A stretch of DNA of 64,000 nucleotides from Brevibacterium luteolum (GTDB lineage: Bacteria; Actinomycetota; Actinomycetes; Actinomycetales; Brevibacteriaceae). A model generated the notes under the pieces. It searched no databases and was not told the origin of the DNA. It saw only the letters and a list, made by a program, of their open reading frames with translations. The position numbers and the translations under genes are program-made. Location of the stretch: contig NZ_JABEMC010000001.1 of assembly GCF_013004595.1 (NCBI RefSeq), positions 1-64,000 on the forward strand, in the 5' to 3' direction. Below are positions 1-10,962 of the stretch, one piece after another. Numbering within the stretch: position 1 is the first letter of the stretch; the number at the start of each line of letters is the position of its first letter.

Positions 1-127
1 TCCAGTGAAGCCGAGCGGGAAGCCGCCTACGAGACGTTCCTCCACGACTACAATCAGCATCGAGCCCACACCGCTATCGGAGGCCTCACCCCAGCCGACC
101 GCGTTCACAACCTCACGGGGAACTACA
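1..127 (+). mobile_element. Right end of an IS481-family insertion sequence (continues beyond the left edge of the window)
   Basis: Transposase C-terminus. The end reads ...AACTACA (IS481 ends are TGT...ACA) and is followed by GCTAGG, an NCTAGN-type target. Confidence 0.85.
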
Positions 128-132
128 GCTAG
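1..132 (+). CDS. IS481-family transposase, C-terminal fragment
   Basis: Frame 1 reads SSEAEREAAYETFLHDYNQHRAHTAIGGLTPADRVHNLTGNYS*, matching the YNxxRxHxxxGGxxP...NLxGxY end of IS481 transposases. The stop TAG lies in the target DNA. Confidence 0.85.
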   Translation, partial: SSEAEREAAYETFLHDYNQHRAHTAIGGLTPADRVHNLTGNYS

Positions 133-831
133 GCCGAACGCGGCGACCATGCCGAGGAGGATCGGCACCACGGCTCCGGCGCGAGCGGTGGCAGACGGGA
201 CGAAGAACGCGAGCACGATCGAGATGACGATCGCACCGATGAGGATGCTGCTGGTCTTCTCGCCGGAGAACCGCAGCACCCACAGCGCCAGTCGTTTGTG
301 CAGGCCGGTCGCCTGCATCGCCGCAGCGAGCGCGAGCGCGGCTGCCACCAGCGCGACGGCCGGGGAGGCGAAGCCGGCCAGGCCGAGTTTCAGCGCCTCA
401 GTCGAGCCCATCGGCTCGGGGCCGGCGCCTTCTTCCAACGCAGGGGCGAAGCCGAGCAGGATCGCGGTCAGGCCGATGATGATGACGGAGGAGACCGGAT
501 AGGTCACGGCCTCGGAGACCCACAGGATGACGGCGAAGGCGAGGATCGCCAGCGCCCGCTGACCGGCCACGCCGAGCTCGGGATCGCCAGGCAGCAGCAG
601 GACGACGATGAGGGCGATCCAGGCGGCGGCGAACCAGATCGGCTTGAGCCCGAGGTGGGCGAAGAATCCGTCGTGATGCTTGGAGCTTGCAGTGCTCGAG
701 CCGCCATCGTGCTCGGCGACGGCGCGCTGATCTGCACGCGCTTCGGCCTGCTGCTTCGAGCGCTTCTCCGCTCGGGAGCGCAGGGCTGACCGGCGCTCTG
801 CGGTCTTGTCAGAAGTGGGGCGATCATTCAT
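128..831 (-). pseudogene. DASS/SLC13-family anion symporter, N-terminal ~234 aa, interrupted by the IS481
   Basis: Manual translation from ATG 831 (GAGGAG upstream): ...LAILAFAVILWVSEAVTYPVSS...GFASPAVALVAAALALAAAMQATGLHKRLAL...FFVPSATARAGAVVPILLGMVAAFGL, then IS sequence. Confidence 0.85.
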
Positions 832-950
832 GGGAAATGCTGCTCCTCAGCTGCACGTCGGGGATGGGCGTCACCGCAGGCTCTGCCTCCAGAGTATCGG
901 CATCTGATCCTCAGGCGCGAGGATCGCGCCCGGTCACCTGGCGTGGAACA

Positions 951-986
951 CATCACCCCCGGTGGCCTGCGCCGCCGGGGGTGATG
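951..986 (-). terminator. Hairpin downstream of the LPRTG surface-protein genes
   Basis: CATCACCCCCGGTGGC-ctgc-GCCGCCGGGGGTGATG inverted repeat. Confidence 0.7.
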
Positions 987-1002
987 CGTTGTGATGACGG
1001 GC

Positions 1003-2352
1003 TCAGCTGCGGCGGCGGGTCAGCATGATGCCAGCCGTGCCGATCGCCAGCAGCGCCAGACCGGCGCCGGCAGCGGTGAACTCGGAGCCCGTGCGCGGCA
1101 GGCGGCTGCGATCATCGCGCTTGTCGTCGCCGTTCTTGCCGTTGTCATCCTTGCCCTTGTCGTCACCGCCGGACCCGTCATCGTCCGAGCCGTCGCCAGC
1201 GGTGACAGTGAAGGCACCGGTGAGGTCATCTCCACCGGGGCAGGCGACGACGACGTCATAGGCACCGATGTAAGACTCGGCGGCTTCGGGGTTGTCGCCG
1301 AAGACGGTGAAAGGGACCGTGCCGTCGGCATCGGCGGTCGCGGTGTCGACGTGAGTGCCGATGTTCTCGCTCTCCGGCGTGACGGTCAGCTCTGCGTCCT
1401 TGCCGGGCTCGCATCCGGTGGCGACGATCGTGACGGCGTCCGCCTTGACGAAGTCGGCCGCCGCGATCTTCTCGGGATCGACGATCAGTTCACGCTCGGC
1501 CGGGGTCGACGGGTCATCGGTCGGGTCAACCGTGGGATCGTCCGTCGGGTCGACCGTTGGATCGTCCGTCGGGTCCTCAGTGGGATCCTCGGTCGGCTCC
1601 TCGACGATGCGCACGGTGTGCCGGGTGACCGGCAGCGTGTCCGGCAGCCGGTTGGAGCCCTTGACCGTCTCTGCACTGACGGTGATCTCATCGCCGACAG
1701 CCACCGAATCCGGCGCGGTGACGGTGAACTCCTCTGCCGGTCCTACGCTCTCCGGTGCGACGTCTGTGATCGGCTCATCACCGAGTGCCGCGGCAGGGGA
1801 GTAGCTGTAGCCCTCTGCCGGGCCCTCCTGGACCGAGAATGCCAGGCCAGCCTGCGCCTCGGCGACGGTCGCCGTCTCCGGCCCAGCGATGTGTCCGGCA
1901 TCGTAGGTCACGACTGTCGTCTTCGAGGTGCTCTTGCTGGCGCTGCTCACCTGCACGACGACGGCCTCATTGGGCTGCAGTTCGCCGACCGTGGCATTGC
2001 GCTCCGGTTTGAACGAGGAGACGAACGCGTCATCAGCGGCGAGGGTGAACGAGTACTCACCCGACTCATCGGCTGCGCCGTTGAACCGGTCGACGTCTTC
2101 GATCGGCAGGGTGTAACCGCCGTTGAACATGGCGTTGACCGAGCGCACGTCGACCTCGGCGCCGGGATCAGTGGTGACGGTGACGGGGATGCCGTCGGCG
2201 AGCTCGGAGACCGGGATCGGGTAGGGCATGTCGACGGTGACGTCGGCCGCCTGGGCGGGAGCCGCCACGGCGACACCGGCACCGGCGGCGAGCAGGGCTG
2301 CCGCACCGGCGGCAAGACCGCGCAGCGACAGGGCAGAGAGCAGAGTCTTCAC
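1003..2352 (-). CDS. Sortase-anchored surface protein (signal peptide, PTDD linker, conserved two-Cys domain, LPRTG)
   Basis: GTG start at 2352, AQA signal cleavage site, LPRTG plus hydrophobic segment plus RRRS tail. Confidence 0.85.
   Translation of the reverse strand: MKTLLSALSLRGLAAGAAALLAAGAGVAVAAPAQAADVTVDMPYPIPVSELADGIPVTVTTDPGAEVDVRSVNAMFNGGYTLPIEDVDRFNGAADESGEYSFTLAADDAFVSSFKPERNATVGELQPNEAVVVQVSSASKSTSKTTVVTYDAGHIAGPETATVAEAQAGLAFSVQEGPAEGYSYSPAAALGDEPITDVAPESVGPAEEFTVTAPDSVAVGDEITVSAETVKGSNRLPDTLPVTRHTVRIVEEPTEDPTEDPTDDPTVDPTDDPTVDPTDDPSTPAERELIVDPEKIAAADFVKADAVTIVATGCEPGKDAELTVTPESENIGTHVDTATADADGTVPFTVFGDNPEAAESYIGAYDVVVACPGGDDLTGAFTVTAGDGSDDDGSGGDDKGKDDNGKNGDDKRDDRSRLPRTGSEFTAAGAGLALLAIGTAGIMLTRRRS
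1510..1596 (-). repeat. 12-bp tandem repeats encoding a PT(E/D/V)D linker
   Basis: EPTEDPTEDPTDDPTVDPTDDPTVDPTDDP in the translation. Confidence 0.85.
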
Positions 2353-2457
2353 AGGACACCTCGCAGAAGCAGGATCGATACACACCCAGCCAAGCGGATC
2401 GAAGCATCCGGGCACTGGCGGCCAGATGAATCCAGCGAGAACTCTGCGCCCGCAGCT

Positions 2458-3285
2458 TCAGCCGCGGCGGCGGGTGAAGACGACCGAGGCGGTGCCGACG
2501 GCCAGCAGGATCGCGCCTGCGGCTGCGGCCAGCAGGTCGCTGCCGGTGCGCGGCAGCCGGGCGCCGCGGCTGTCCTGCCCGCCGGGCTTGCCCTCCGGTT
2601 CGGCGCTCGGGGTCGGTGCGGCATCGGTGGTGACGGTGAAGCTGCCGGTGCGCTGGTCATCGCCGGCGCACGCGACCGTGACGGCGTACTCGCCGGCATA
2701 GGTCTGGGCCATCATGTCGTGCTGGCCGTGGACGCTGAACGCGACGACCCCATCGGCGTCGACGGTGGCGGTCTCGGAGTAGTTGCCGACGTTCATGCCC
2801 TGCGGGATGACGGTCATCGTCGCATCGGCGTCCGGCTGGCAGCCGGTGGCGGAGATGATGACGGCGTCCTCGCGCACGAAATCCGAGGCGCTCAGCTTGC
2901 CCGGCTCGATCGTGAGGGTCTTCTCCGCAGTCGCCTCTTCCGTGCCCGAGGTGCCGGTCGCGGTCTCGGTGGTGGGCGCCGGTTCCGTTGCGGTCGTGTC
3001 CCCGGTGGCGGCAGGCTGCGGGGTCTCCGCCTCGGGCGTCGCCGGTGACTGAGTGAAGCCGCCGGATTCGTCGGCTGAGTGCTCCTGCGTGCTGTCCGGT
3101 GCGGTCGCCGAAGTGTCGGGCACCGTCTGCTCCGGAGCTGGGCTCCGATCCTCAGCAGTGCTGCTGCCCGGACGCGGGCCGGTGGCCTGCATGGCGTCAT
3201 CGGCGGGCTGCGCGAGGGCTGGGGTGGCACCGGCGGACATGGTGAAGGCGATGAGGACTGCTGCGCAGGTGCGGGAGAGTCTCAT
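2458..3285 (-). CDS. Sortase-anchored surface protein (low-complexity N-terminus, conserved two-Cys domain, LPRTG)
   Basis: Signal peptide ending ALA, then LPRTG, TM segment and RRRG. Confidence 0.85.
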   Translation of the reverse strand: MRLSRTCAAVLIAFTMSAGATPALAQPADDAMQATGPRPGSSTAEDRSPAPEQTVPDTSATAPDSTQEHSADESGGFTQSPATPEAETPQPAATGDTTATEPAPTTETATGTSGTEEATAEKTLTIEPGKLSASDFVREDAVIISATGCQPDADATMTVIPQGMNVGNYSETATVDADGVVAFSVHGQHDMMAQTYAGEYAVTVACAGDDQRTGSFTVTTDAAPTPSAEPEGKPGGQDSRGARLPRTGSDLLAAAAGAILLAVGTASVVFTRRRG

Positions 3286-3352
3286 GGCGTGCCTTTCAAG
3301 CCGGGCGACCAGATACTCAGGATATACCCAGGTTCAGCTGAGCGGAAGAGGC

Positions 3353-4516
3353 TCAGGCGACGGGCAGCGGCCACCCCTCCTGACGGATGAGGCGGGTCTG
3401 CTCCCGGGTCGGGGTGCGCACGATGAGACCATGGTGTTCGACCTGCATGGCCAGGTAGTCCGTCTCGCCGAGCGGGTCGCCGTCGATCTGCATGTCGATC
3501 TTCTCTTCGCATTCGATGACGACGGACTCGCCGCGCAGAATTTGCGTGTGCAGGCCCTTGCGCTTCTGGCGGGAGAACACCGAGGCGGCCACACCGATCC
3601 ATTGGAAGGCGTTCTTCGGGGCTACGACGAGGAGGTCGAGGATGCCGTCGGCGATGTCGGCCTCGGGCATGAGGACGATGCCGCCCTGGATCTTGCCGCA
3701 GTTGCCGCCCACCACCGAGCGGACTTTGGCCCGCACCGCCTGCACGCCGTCGACGGTGATCGTCACGCGGGTCGGGGAGCCGACGAGCTTGCGGGCACCG
3801 GCCTCGAAGTAGGCCAGCCAGCCGACCTTCGACTTGAGGTCGGAGTCGGTGTCGGCCATGACGGCGGCGTCGAAGCCGAGCCCGGCCATGACGAGGAAGG
3901 CGGAGTCCTCACCATCGGGGGCAGTCTGCGCGTGACCGATGTCGATCGGCTTGTCCTGGCCCCACAGGGCGATGCGCATCGCCCATTCCTGCCGGTCGAG
4001 CGGCAGGCCGATGTTGCGGGCCAGCAGATTGCCGGTGCCCATCGGGATGATGCCCATCGGGGTGTCGGTGCCGGCCAGCACCTCGGCGGCGGCGCGCACG
4101 GTGCCGTCACCGCCGGCGGCGACGACGAGGTCGACTCCGGCGTCAAGCGCCTTGCGGGCCATCGCCTCACCGGGATCGTCCTCGGTGGTCTCGATGATGA
4201 GCGGCGGCTGCCAGCCCTCCTGGCGGCACACCGCCGAGGCGACTGCGGCGAAGTCACCGGTCACATCCTTGATCGGGTTCATGATGACGGCCGCGCGCGG
4301 CTTCGGCGGGATATCGGCGCTCTGGCCCGACTGGCTGTCTGCGCTCGTGAGATCCTCAACATCGAGCTGCTGATCCCTGCCCGCAGCAGACTGCTGCGCT
4401 GCCCGGCGATCCGCGGCACGTGAGCGGGAACCGAGCCAGTAGCCTATGAACAGACCGACACATAGGATGACGACGGCGAGGGCCAGGAGGAAGAGCATTC
4501 CGGTTGAAGTTTCCAT
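3353..4516 (-). CDS. Diacylglycerol/lipid kinase family protein with N-terminal TM
   Basis: NP, AAGGDGTV, IPMGTGNLLARN and QIDGD motifs. Confidence 0.9.
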   Translation of the reverse strand: METSTGMLFLLALAVVILCVGLFIGYWLGSRSRAADRRAAQQSAAGRDQQLDVEDLTSADSQSGQSADIPPKPRAAVIMNPIKDVTGDFAAVASAVCRQEGWQPPLIIETTEDDPGEAMARKALDAGVDLVVAAGGDGTVRAAAEVLAGTDTPMGIIPMGTGNLLARNIGLPLDRQEWAMRIALWGQDKPIDIGHAQTAPDGEDSAFLVMAGLGFDAAVMADTDSDLKSKVGWLAYFEAGARKLVGSPTRVTITVDGVQAVRAKVRSVVGGNCGKIQGGIVLMPEADIADGILDLLVVAPKNAFQWIGVAASVFSRQKRKGLHTQILRGESVVIECEEKIDMQIDGDPLGETDYLAMQVEHHGLIVRTPTREQTRLIRQEGWPLPVA

Positions 4517-4625
4517 GACACCAATCTACTCCGCGAACCGGTCCAGCTGACTCAGCCTGAGCGGGCGAAATTCCGGTGAACGGGTGCTGGGAGACGTCCT
4601 GTCCTCGCAGCGATAGGCTAGGTGT

Positions 4626-5915
<1,290 letters not shown>

Positions 5916-5923
5916 GGAGAAGA

Positions 5924-6733
5924 TTGAAGCCCCACATCATTGCCCTCGACGTCGACGGCACGATCGTCGACTACGACGACATGATGACCGATCGGGTGCG
6001 CTCCGCCATCCAGGCAGCTGAGGCTGCCGGCCACCATGTCGTCATTGCAACCGGCCGTTCAGTCGGCGGCGCGCTCGAGGTGGCCAACCGTCTCGGACAG
6101 CGCGACGGGTACCTCATCGCCTCCAACGGTTCGGTGATCGTGCGGATCACCCCGGAGGCTGAGAAGGGCTGGGAAGTCCACCACGTGGAGACCTTCGACC
6201 CGGCGCCGATGCTCGCGCGGATGCGCGAGCATCTGCCGATGGCACTGTTCATGGTCGAGGACGCCGAGCTCATGCGCTGGGCGTCTGGAGAGTTCCCGGT
6301 CGGTGAGCTGGCGTCGAATGAGCAGCTCAATCTCGTGAGCTTCGATGAGCTTATGGACAAGGAAGCCACTCGTATCGTCATGCGCGAGCTCAACGGCAGC
6401 AATGAGGAGTTCCTCGACGCCGTCGAGCGGATCGGGCTGCACGGTGTGACCTACTCCGTCGGCTGGTCGAACTGGCTCGATATCGCCCCTGACGGAGTGT
6501 CGAAGGCCAGCGGCGTCGAATACGTCTGCCAGCGGCTGGGCGTCGCACGATCGGAGACCGTGTGCGCCGGCGACGGCATGAACGACATGGAGATGATGCA
6601 GTGGGTCGCCCACGGCATCGCCATGGGCCAGGCGAAGGACGAACTCAAGGCACAGGCCGACGTCGTCACCGGAACGGTGGAGGAGGACGGCCTGGCGACC
6701 GCACTCGAAGACTACTTCGGCCTGGACAGCTGA
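5924..6733 (+). CDS. Cof-type HAD-IIB hydrolase
   Basis: DVDGT, ATGR, SKASG and GDGMND motifs. Confidence 0.92.
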   Translation: MKPHIIALDVDGTIVDYDDMMTDRVRSAIQAAEAAGHHVVIATGRSVGGALEVANRLGQRDGYLIASNGSVIVRITPEAEKGWEVHHVETFDPAPMLARMREHLPMALFMVEDAELMRWASGEFPVGELASNEQLNLVSFDELMDKEATRIVMRELNGSNEEFLDAVERIGLHGVTYSVGWSNWLDIAPDGVSKASGVEYVCQRLGVARSETVCAGDGMNDMEMMQWVAHGIAMGQAKDELKAQADVVTGTVEEDGLATALEDYFGLDS

Positions 6734-6792
6734 GGTAACTCAGCCGCCCAGGCCGTGTGGCGCTGGAAGAGCGGAGGGCTGCTGGGGAAGTC

Positions 6793-7284
6793 CTACTTCT
6801 CTCGGATGAGTGTGCCGATCTCCTTGCCGTCCTTGTCCTTGACGGTCATCTCATCGGCGTTCTCATTCGAATCTGTGATCTCGGCAGTGCTGGCACCGCT
6901 GAGCCAGGCGTCGATATCGGTGCAGCCTTTGGCGGTTGTCACCCATGGTTCGAAGTGAATCGTCGATCCCTCGATCGTGTAGGTGCTGTTGATGCCGTTG
7001 CACCCGTCGGTGCCGATGACCGTCTCATCGGTGTTGAATTCGAGGAATGGATCGCCCTTCTGGTCGGCGCCCCATTTGCCTTCAAGAGTTTCGGGTGTCA
7101 GATCGCCGGACGGGTCACCCGGATCTGCGGTGCTGGTTTCCTCGGAGGTCGCACCGGAGGTGTCTGTGGCGTTGGGGGATTCACTCGGGGAGACAGTGCC
7201 GTTGCCCTCGCCAGCTCCGCACGCGGAAAGCAGCAGCATCGAGATGCCGGCTGCGGCAAACGAGCCAGTTTTCAATGTTCTCAT
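6793..7284 (-). CDS. META-domain lipoprotein
   Basis: Lipobox LLSAC; GTDGCN...TTAKGC pattern. Confidence 0.8.
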   Translation of the reverse strand: MRTLKTGSFAAAGISMLLLSACGAGEGNGTVSPSESPNATDTSGATSEETSTADPGDPSGDLTPETLEGKWGADQKGDPFLEFNTDETVIGTDGCNGINSTYTIEGSTIHFEPWVTTAKGCTDIDAWLSGASTAEITDSNENADEMTVKDKDGKEIGTLIREK

Positions 7285-7337
7285 GTGTTTCAGGATACTT
7301 CGAAGGCTGATGCCCAGACGCGCAGCGTCGCCGATTG

Positions 7338-7685
7338 TCAGGGCTTTGTGACCTCTTCGGCAGATCGGAACAGGGTTCCGATGGCGTCGTCATTCCGGTT
7401 GCGAACGGTCATGGTGTCACCGTGGATTTCAGCGAAGCGGGCCATGCGCAGCCAGTCGTTGACGCCCAGGCATGCGCGAGCGGTGGCGATCCACGGTTCG
7501 ATCGTGATCGTCGACCCGTCGAGCGTGTAGGAGGTGTTGATGCCGTTGCAGCCGTCGGTTCCCCATGCAGCGCCTTCGTCGTTGAATGTCAGGTACGGCT
7601 GACCGGGTTCGTCTGATCGCCAGGTGCCGGCCACGTCGTGCATCGTAAGCGAGTTGCCGTCATTTTCGCGGGGGTCGGAGTTCAT
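7338..7685 (-). CDS. META-domain protein, paralogue of 6793..7284 without a lipobox
   Basis: GTDGCNGINTSYTLDGSTI...ATARAC. Confidence 0.8.
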   Translation of the reverse strand: MNSDPRENDGNSLTMHDVAGTWRSDEPGQPYLTFNDEGAAWGTDGCNGINTSYTLDGSTITIEPWIATARACLGVNDWLRMARFAEIHGDTMTVRNRNDDAIGTLFRSAEEVTKP

Positions 7686-7724
7686 GTTGTCAGGCTAGCC
7701 GTTCTGCTGCTGCCGTGTGAATGC

Positions 7725-7763
7725 GATTCGGGCTGTGAACCGTTGTGGTTCACAGCCCGAATC
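7725..7763 (-). terminator. 17-bp stem hairpin downstream of the protease gene
   Basis: GATTCGGGCTGTGAACC-gttgt-GGTTCACAGCCCGAATC. Confidence 0.75.
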
Positions 7764-7805
7764 AGCTCGCGTTCCTGCTGTTAGGCAGTCACGGTGTCAG
7801 CGGCC

Positions 7806-9758
7806 TCAGTTCTTCCGGCGGCGAGCGAGGACGTAGAGTCCTGCACCACCGGCGATGAGGGCAGCTGCAGCTCCGAGGGAGCGGAGTGCCTCAGAACCGG
7901 TGCGCGGAAGGTCCTTGTTGTCATCCTTCTTGTCGTCGCCGCCCTTGCCGTCATCGTCCTTGCCACCGGCTTCGGTGACAGTGAAGGTGCCGGTCAGGTC
8001 GTCGCCGCCGTCGCAGGAGACGGTGACGTCGTAGTCGCCGATGTAGGCGTTCGGCATATCGGCGTTCTCTCCGTAGACGGAGAATCCGACATTGCCGTCT
8101 TCATCGACCGTGGCGGTGTCCGTGTGGCCGGTGACGTTCGAGCCGCGCGGCTTGACTTCGAGGTTGGCCTCGGTGCCCGGCGTGCAGCCGGAAGCTGCGA
8201 TCGTCACTGCGTCCTTCTTGACGAAGTCGGTCGCCTTGATATTCTCCGGGTCGATCGACAGAGCGCGCTCTGCCGGGTCATCCGACGGATCCTCGGTCGG
8301 CGTTGCGGTCGGCTCATCAGTCGTAGTCGGCGACGGAGTCGACGTCGGATCGTCAGTCGGAGTCGACGTCGGGTCATCAGTCGGGGTCGGCGACGGCGAC
8401 GTGCCGCCCTCAACGGTCACCTTGATAGTAGTGGGCTCGGACACGTTGAACTTACCCTTGCGAGCGATGAACGTGTACTCGTATTCGCCAGCTGCATTGG
8501 GAGCAGTGAACGAGAACTTTCCCGGCCCAGCCTTGAAGCCCTCCGGCTTATCCTTGCTCTCCTTAGCAACTTCGGCAGTAGCATTGGCCTCCGTCGTGCC
8601 CGATACGGTGGCGCCGGGTGCGACCGTAACGTTCTTAACCTCCGGGGCGTCAACGTGCAGACGAACTTCGGTTCCTGCTGGCATCTGCTTCAGACCGTGG
8701 TTGATGTCGGTGACAAACGACCAGTCTTCTTCTGAACAGTTTGTAACGTTAGGTGCGCAACTCTCAGCGCCGACAACGTAACCAGAGGAGATGCCGATAG
8801 CTTCACCCTTGTCGTTGTACCAAGCTCCACCGGAGTCACCGGGACGAAGGGTATTCGATGCGACGAAGCCAGTGGCGTAACGCACCTTGCTCGAGTCCAC
8901 CGTGTCGGTGAGAGCGTAGACCATGTGGCCTTTGACTGTACCCTCGGTGAGCCCTGTCGTGCGACCCGACTTCTTGATGGCGTCGCCCTCAGCCGCTTTG
9001 CCGACGGACGTGATGACCTGGGTGGAGGCTGACAGGTCGTCGCTGGACTTCGTAGTCCAGTCAGTGACCTCAGGCTTCATCTTCAGCTTGTCATTGGTCT
9101 TCTCAATGAGCGCGATATCGGTGACCGTCTTGAAATCCTCGGACGGTTCCTGGCCCTCTTCTGGCGGCTCGACGTAGGGATCTTCCTTGCCACCCCACTG
9201 AGAGAACGTAAACTCACCGAAATCGTCCATGTATGTAGAGGTGTATTTGTTCTCCGGCATCTTGTCTTTCTCGTCGCCGGTGAACTCGACATCGGTGCTT
9301 GGGAGCGAGCGGGAAACCTGGTCTCCGACCGAACCGCAGTGTCCTGCAGAGAGTGCAGCCTCGTCGCCCTCTGGGGTCCAGGCCGAGAAGGCGAAGGAGC
9401 AGAGGCTGGCTTCGTTGATCCGATAGCCAGAGCCGCCGACGACATCGGTCTGTGCGGCGGGCTGGATCGGTCCGTTGAGCTTCATGACCTCGACATTGCT
9501 GTGGTCCTCGGCCAGTGCGAGAACTTCCTCAGCGTCATCGGCCGTCACATCAACAGCCAGGAGAACGTCCTGACCGGCAGCGCCGACGCCAGCTGCGCCA
9601 GCAGTGAAGGCGTCGTTCTGGAACTTCTTGAATGCAGCGCCTGCCGTCGGCAGGGCTTCCGGGGCTGCGAAAGCCGGAGAAGCAGCGAGAGAGCCGCCTG
9701 CTCCGACGATGATCGCAGCGCTCAGGCCCAGGGCCCGCAGCGAATTGCGTTTCGTCAT
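7806..9758 (-). CDS. Secreted S1 (alpha-lytic/streptogrisin-like) serine protease with two-Cys domain and LPRTG anchor
   Basis: CSFAF, LSAGHC, DIAL, KSGRTTG and PGDSGG triad motifs; signal peptide; LPRTG, TM and RRRK tail. Confidence 0.9.
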   Translation of the reverse strand: MTKRNSLRALGLSAAIIVGAGGSLAASPAFAAPEALPTAGAAFKKFQNDAFTAGAAGVGAAGQDVLLAVDVTADDAEEVLALAEDHSNVEVMKLNGPIQPAAQTDVVGGSGYRINEASLCSFAFSAWTPEGDEAALSAGHCGSVGDQVSRSLPSTDVEFTGDEKDKMPENKYTSTYMDDFGEFTFSQWGGKEDPYVEPPEEGQEPSEDFKTVTDIALIEKTNDKLKMKPEVTDWTTKSSDDLSASTQVITSVGKAAEGDAIKKSGRTTGLTEGTVKGHMVYALTDTVDSSKVRYATGFVASNTLRPGDSGGAWYNDKGEAIGISSGYVVGAESCAPNVTNCSEEDWSFVTDINHGLKQMPAGTEVRLHVDAPEVKNVTVAPGATVSGTTEANATAEVAKESKDKPEGFKAGPGKFSFTAPNAAGEYEYTFIARKGKFNVSEPTTIKVTVEGGTSPSPTPTDDPTSTPTDDPTSTPSPTTTDEPTATPTEDPSDDPAERALSIDPENIKATDFVKKDAVTIAASGCTPGTEANLEVKPRGSNVTGHTDTATVDEDGNVGFSVYGENADMPNAYIGDYDVTVSCDGGDDLTGTFTVTEAGGKDDDGKGGDDKKDDNKDLPRTGSEALRSLGAAAALIAGGAGLYVLARRRKN

Positions 9759-9960
9759 GTGTCAGTACTCCAAAGGTGTGTTCAGTGTCAATGCTGGCTG
9801 CGGGCTCGGCGGGAGGAAGTCGTTACCATTCCGCAACACACGAGTCTCAGAGTAGCCTGAGTGATCCTGAAGTGAAAGCTGGGGCAGGTGAGTTTATGGC
9901 GAATTCACCTTGCGAATGACTGTCTGCGCAGGTGAAATGACCCCAGGGGTACCGAAAGAA

Positions 9961-10845
9961 TTAGTCGGAGATTCGGACAATCCCGCCAGAACCCCCATCG
10001 GTGCGACGCTGTGCTGCCGCTGCGAAGGCCCGGATTGCTTCAGTGATCCCCCCATCATGCACTGCAGGAGCTACGGCGCGGGCGGCGGCGAGAGTGGTTG
10101 GGTGGCCGTCGGCCATCGCATACCCCCAGCCGGCCCAGGTCAGCATCTCAATGTCATTGGGCATATCGCCGAACGCGGCGACATCGTCGGCGTCGATCCC
10201 CCGGCGCTGACAGTACTCAGCCAGCGTATGCGCCTTCGTCACCCCGGCAGCAGCGAGCTCGATGAGCCCAGTGGTCGGATTCGAATGCGTGGCGTGCAGC
10301 GCATCGCCAATAAGCTCGCTGACGGCAGCGAGCATCGCATCGGAATCAGTCGAGGGCCCGCGCACCATGATCTTGGCGACTTCTCGGATGTCCCTGCTCT
10401 CAGCCGGGTCGATGATGACGGCCTCCTGCGGCCAGCGGGTGACGAAACCCGGCTCGATGCAGAAGGCATCGAGCGTTTCGAAGGCGAGCTTCGCCTCGGG
10501 CATGTGCGCCCGCACCCGGCTGATGAGCTCGTGCTGGACCTCGGTGCTGATGAGGTGGGCATGGACGACCTCGTCGCGCTGCAGGTTGTACACGATCGAG
10601 CCGTTGGCGCAGATGACATGACGCACGATCGGCAGGTCCCGCTGCAGGGGTGCGAGCCAGCGGACCGGCCGGCCGGTCACCGGCACGAAGTCGACACCGG
10701 CGGCCACGAGCGCATTGACCGCTTCGACGGTGGCTTGGGGGATCGGCTGGAAGCGCTGCAGCAGCGTGCCGTCGACATCGCTGGCCACGAGTCGGATGTT
10801 CTCCGGATGCTCATGCGGTGCCTGCGGTGTGCTCGTCTCGCTCAC
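9961..10845 (-). CDS. Cof-type HAD hydrolase
   Basis: SDVDGT, VTGR, TKA and FGDMPND motifs. Confidence 0.9.
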   Translation of the reverse strand: MSETSTPQAPHEHPENIRLVASDVDGTLLQRFQPIPQATVEAVNALVAAGVDFVPVTGRPVRWLAPLQRDLPIVRHVICANGSIVYNLQRDEVVHAHLISTEVQHELISRVRAHMPEAKLAFETLDAFCIEPGFVTRWPQEAVIIDPAESRDIREVAKIMVRGPSTDSDAMLAAVSELIGDALHATHSNPTTGLIELAAAGVTKAHTLAEYCQRRGIDADDVAAFGDMPNDIEMLTWAGWGYAMADGHPTTLAAARAVAPAVHDGGITEAIRAFAAAAQRRTDGGSGGIVRISD

Positions 10846-10962
10846 TGCTGACCCCCGTCTCGCCGATACCTATTGAAAACGTATACCTATCCAATGCATG
10901 CACCCATTGAATTGGTGCTGTTGCCGGCACCCCACATGCGGGGCGGCCTACCTCTATATCTA

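Noticed and set aside
991..3048. Long ORFs opposite real genes (for example 991..3048 +, 11399..13057 +, 27595..29571 -, 32293..33999 +, 56763..58043 -)
   Set aside because: Antisense shadows typical of high-GC DNA; the other strand carries the recognisable proteins.
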